DNA of 64,000 nt from an uncultured Nitrospiraceae bacterium (GTDB taxonomy: Bacteria > Nitrospirota > Thermodesulfovibrionia > Thermodesulfovibrionales > SM23-35), in NCBI GenBank assembly GCA_963727775.1, contig CAVSHB010000001.1:1408001-1472000 (forward strand). Reading direction: 5' to 3'. The notes under the pieces were generated by a model. The model made no database searches, had not been told where the DNA came from, and saw only the letters and a list, made by a program, of their open reading frames with translations. Numbering within the stretch: position 1 is the stretch's first letter; each line of letters opens with the position of its first letter. Shown here piece by piece: positions 60,618-64,000 of this stretch. The position numbers and the translations under genes were made by a program.

Positions 60618-60943
60618 CTATCGAATTTGTAAACTATAAGGGCAAAAAGGTTATTGTATTATCGGGTGATATCGATATGTATTCATCTCCGGATCTGAGG
60701 AAAGAGTTGATGACCTTGATTATGAAAAAGGCGAACTCTCTCTTTATTGATTTCAAATGCGTTTCTTATATAGACAGTTCCGGCATTGCGACATTTGTTG
60801 AAGGGTTAAAATACATGAAATCCTACGGCGGAAAATTACGGCTTTTCTGTGTGCCTGACGGAATTATGGAGATATTCAGGTTCTCGAAGCTTGACAGGGT
60901 ATTTGAGATATACGGAAGCATTGATGATGCCATCGAAAGTTGA
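60614..60943 (+). CDS. rsbV: STAS anti-anti-sigma factor (RsbV-like)
   Basis: LSGDID, YIDSSGIA phosphoserine motif. Confidence 0.9.
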   Translation: MTIEFVNYKGKKVIVLSGDIDMYSSPDLRKELMTLIMKKANSLFIDFKCVSYIDSSGIATFVEGLKYMKSYGGKLRLFCVPDGIMEIFRFSKLDRVFEIYGSIDDAIES

Positions 60944-61733
60944 AGGTTTCTTCGGTACCATAGGCAGAAAGACTTTACCTGTTTTAAAAGACATCCACGA
61001 CGCATCAAAGATCATAAACGATATCTTCTTCTGGTCGTTCGTTTCTCCGTTGAGAGGAAAACCCATCCGGCTCAGGGCGTCTATTCACGAGATGGTCAAA
61101 GCCGGGTATGACTCTGTGCCCATAGTGGCTGTCATCTCATTCTTTATCGGAATAATACTTGCTCTTCAATCCGCTTACCAGTTGAAGAGGGTTGGGGCCC
61201 TGATATACGTTGCAAACCTGGTGGGTGTATCGATAACCAGAGAACTCGGGCCCATCATCACTGCCATTATCGTCTCAGGAAGGAGCGGCTCCGCCTTTGC
61301 AGCAGAGATAGGCTCTATGAAGTCTGCCGAGGAGGTCGACGCCCTCATAAGCATGGGCATTAATCCTGTCCGGTTCATTGTGGTCCCTAAACTCATCGCC
61401 CTAATCGTAATGGTGCCTGCCCTTACGGTCTTTTCGGATTGCATAGGAATATTCGGAGGGTTTGTCCTGTCAGTGGCGGTTCTTGAAATACATCCGGTCA
61501 ATTATTTACACCAGACTTTGAATGCGCTGCTTGTCAAAGATATACTCACGGGCCTTATGAAAGCATTGGCTTTCGGCTTTGTGATAACCACTGTAGGCGC
61601 GTATCAGGGTTTTAAAGTATCGGGCGGTGCTGAAGATGTCGGCAGAAGGACGACGGCGGCGGTCGTCGCCTCCATCTTTTTGGTGATAGTCTTTGATCTG
61701 TTCTTTACGACGTTGTTTTATTATTTTACATAA
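60927..61733 (+). CDS. mlaE: MlaE-family ABC permease
   Basis: RELGPIITA, GRSGSAFAAEIG, VGRRTTAAVV. Confidence 0.92.
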   Translation: MPSKVEGFFGTIGRKTLPVLKDIHDASKIINDIFFWSFVSPLRGKPIRLRASIHEMVKAGYDSVPIVAVISFFIGIILALQSAYQLKRVGALIYVANLVGVSITRELGPIITAIIVSGRSGSAFAAEIGSMKSAEEVDALISMGINPVRFIVVPKLIALIVMVPALTVFSDCIGIFGGFVLSVAVLEIHPVNYLHQTLNALLVKDILTGLMKALAFGFVITTVGAYQGFKVSGGAEDVGRRTTAAVVASIFLVIVFDLFFTTLFYYFT

Positions 61734-62519
61734 ATGGAAAAGGCAATTGAGGCCATAGGACTCGTGACCCATTACGGAGACAGGGAGATCATCAAAAACG
61801 TCTCCTTCTCGATACCAAAGGGCATGACGACTGTAATACTCGGAGGAAGCGGGTGCGGTAAGAGCACGCTGCTCAAGCACCTCATCGGGCTTTTGAAGCC
61901 CACGAGCGGAAAAATTCTCATCAACGGCATAGATACAACGGTCCTCGATGAGAAGGAGCTTGATGAGGTGAGGAAAAGGATGGGCGTATCGTTCCAGGGG
62001 GCGGCCCTGCTTAACTCTATGACCATTTCGGACAATGTAGCCCTTCCGATAAGAGAGCATACCAAATTGGAGGAATCCACCATTCAGATTATGGTACGCA
62101 TGAAGCTTGACCTCGTCGGCCTTTCAGGGTTTGAATCGTTTTATCCCTCCCAACTCTCAGGCGGTATGAAAAAAAGGGCCGGACTGGCAAGAGCGCTGGC
62201 CCTGGACCCGGAACTGCTTTTTTTTGATGAGCCGTCTGCCGGTCTTGACCCTGTTACTGCCGCCGGTCTTGATGAGCTGATACTGAAGCTAAGGAATGTC
62301 TTCAAGATGACGATCATTGTGGTGACGCATGAACTTCCGAGTGTATTCACGATCGCGGATTATGTTATTATGCTCGATACCGGGAATGTGATTTTTTCGG
62401 GCACGCTCGATGAATTGAAAGTGTCCGATAATCCGAGAATAAGAATGTTTCTCGAAAGAAGGCCTGAGAAAGATGCATATTCGCCGGAGGATTATTTTAA
62501 GATCATCGCAGGCGAGTAG
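61734..62519 (+). CDS. mlaF: MlaF-family ABC ATPase
   Basis: GGSGCGKS, LSGGMKKR, DEPSAGLDP. Confidence 0.93.
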   Translation: MEKAIEAIGLVTHYGDREIIKNVSFSIPKGMTTVILGGSGCGKSTLLKHLIGLLKPTSGKILINGIDTTVLDEKELDEVRKRMGVSFQGAALLNSMTISDNVALPIREHTKLEESTIQIMVRMKLDLVGLSGFESFYPSQLSGGMKKRAGLARALALDPELLFFDEPSAGLDPVTAAGLDELILKLRNVFKMTIIVVTHELPSVFTIADYVIMLDTGNVIFSGTLDELKVSDNPRIRMFLERRPEKDAYSPEDYFKIIAGE

Positions 62520-62631
62520 AAGGCAACAAAATTGTTTGTTCGGGGCGTTCTGAGCGCCGGATCATCCGACTCACATATCGACCGACCGGTGCGATGGATT
62601 GGTTTTTTTATAAACAGGTTCTACTTGTGAG

Positions 62632-63534
62632 ATGGCTTTGAAAGAAGAGATTAAGGCTGGAATAATAGTCGTTGTATCGCTCGCTATCCTCAGCGGCTCG
62701 GTAGTCCTGATCGGCGGGAGCAGCCTTTTCGAAAAAATTGATAAATACTATGTGAGGTTTATGAATGCTGCGGGCCTTGAAACAGGCGCTCAGGTCAGAC
62801 TCGGAGGAGTGCGGGTGGGAAGGGTCACGAACATTCACGCGCCTGATAAGCCCGGCAATCCGGTTACCGTTGAAGTGGGAGTGAAGCGCGGAACGATTCT
62901 GTATAAAGGGACAAAGGCGCAGGTAGGTCAGATAGGGTTTGTGGGAGATATATTCCTGCTGCTTGCGGTCGAAAACACGACTAATGATAGAATAAGGCCT
63001 GGGGATACCATTCCATCCGATGAGAAAGTCGATTTCGATGCGCTTATGTCAAAGGTTAATGGCCTGTCTCAGTCTGTGGACACCTTAATCAGAGATGTTG
63101 ACAAGCTTTTCAGTCAAAAGAATTTAAAAGGAATAGAGAGTCTCATCGGAAATACCAACACTGCCATAATATCCGGTTCCTCGAATCTCGACAAAGTCGC
63201 AGTAAGCCTTAAGGGAACTACGGACAGGCTTGAACGCGTTCTCAATGAAGTGGAGGATGTCGTTCGCGGCAATAAAGGAGAAGTCACTCTGATGATAAGA
63301 AAGGCGAGAGAAGATATTGAAAAGGCGGAAGGAATGATCAAGAGTATAGAATCGACTGCCAAATCTGTCGAAAAGACTTCAAAGTCTGCTGACAGGCTTA
63401 TCATCGGCCAGTCGAAGAATCTCGACAACCTTATCAACACCATGACGAGAACTACTGAGGAACTGCAGGAACTTCTGCAGGAGATAAAGAACAAGCCCTG
63501 GAGCATTATTTATAGAGAAAAAAGAGGAGAATGA
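62632..63534 (+). CDS. mlaD: MCE/MlaD family protein with long helical extension
   Basis: N-terminal TM, AGLETGAQVRLGGVRVGRV, C-terminal PWSII. Confidence 0.9.
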   Translation: MALKEEIKAGIIVVVSLAILSGSVVLIGGSSLFEKIDKYYVRFMNAAGLETGAQVRLGGVRVGRVTNIHAPDKPGNPVTVEVGVKRGTILYKGTKAQVGQIGFVGDIFLLLAVENTTNDRIRPGDTIPSDEKVDFDALMSKVNGLSQSVDTLIRDVDKLFSQKNLKGIESLIGNTNTAIISGSSNLDKVAVSLKGTTDRLERVLNEVEDVVRGNKGEVTLMIRKAREDIEKAEGMIKSIESTAKSVEKTSKSADRLIIGQSKNLDNLINTMTRTTEELQELLQEIKNKPWSIIYREKRGE

Positions 63535-63535
63535 T

Positions 63536-64000
63536 ATGAAGAAAAGCCTGCTGATCATTCTGGCCGTCTTCTTGATAACGGCATGCACAATGCCTGACAC
63601 CAGGATCTACAGCCTTTACATGCCGGCCTCACAGTTGCCTCAGAATCCTGAAGCTGCGGCGAATGCTGACGCGTCGTTGGTCATACTCATAAACTCACCG
63701 AAGTATCTGGCTCAATCCTATATTGTGTACAGGAACTCGCCCTACCAGTTGGAGATATCACGATATTCGAAGTGGGAATCATCTCCCCGTGATATGGTGA
63801 GGTTGGCCTTTCAGGATTCGCTCTCGGCAACCGGCTGTTTCAAGACGATGCGGGCGGCCGAGGTTATACCCGACGATTCTTACGCTCTCGAAATAAATCT
63901 CAGGAAATTGGAACGGTCTGATGAAGAAACCAAGTCCTTCGGAGTACTTGAATTCGATGCAGTATTGAACTCTCCCGGTGGCGCAGAGCTCTACCGTACC
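63536..64000 (+). CDS. PqiC-like ABC transport auxiliary lipoprotein (runs off the window end)
   Basis: Manual translation MKKSLLIILAVFLITAC (lipobox), IYSL, PKYL, IVYR, KWESSP; follows the MCE gene. Confidence 0.75.
   Translation, partial: MKKSLLIILAVFLITACTMPDTRIYSLYMPASQLPQNPEAAANADASLVILINSPKYLAQSYIVYRNSPYQLEISRYSKWESSPRDMVRLAFQDSLSATGCFKTMRAAEVIPDDSYALEINLRKLERSDEETKSFGVLEFDAVLNSPGGAELYRT

Noticed and set aside
1..64000. CRISPR arrays, tRNA, rRNA, prophage genes, and the many short antisense ORFs in the track
   Set aside because: No spaced repeats, RNA gene signatures or phage hallmark proteins were seen. Antisense ORFs overlap well-supported genes and lack motifs.

Overview
Chromosomal window from an anaerobic bacterium. 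Gene content and style suggest Nitrospirota (Thermodesulfovibrionia-like) or a deltaproteobacterial lineage; this is an inference. Housekeeping and metabolic blocks are lpdA-gcvH, yceD-rpmF-plsX-fabH, nfeD/slipin, an NAD-linked selenocysteine formate dehydrogenase operon with fhs, surA-purN, rsmD-coaD, ppsA with two regulators, glycosyltransferases, nrfHA, gapN, pepF and rsbUWV-mlaEFD. These are interleaved with accessory DNA. The strongest candidate for an undescribed system is at 3.7-11.3 kb: a PilZ-fused PhcB-like methyltransferase, a dedicated type II KS plus inactive KS (CLF-like), ACP, FabZ-like dehydratase, a second methyltransferase and a PhcS-like membrane hybrid kinase. This looks like a self-contained fatty-acid methyl-ester signalling circuit with its own acyl-chain assembly line and a possible c-di-GMP input. 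Other notable items: an in-frame UGA with a SECIS-like hairpin in fdhA; a class III cyclase-like gene ending in an attC-like site and broken by an IS3 element; a DUF559 nuclease bracketed by REP-like inverted hairpins; a synonymous-diverged duplicate of the rsmD 5' end around hicBA; and a kinase frameshifted by a GATCGATC duplication. No rRNA, tRNA or CRISPR array was seen. All family assignments are from motif recognition, not database searches.
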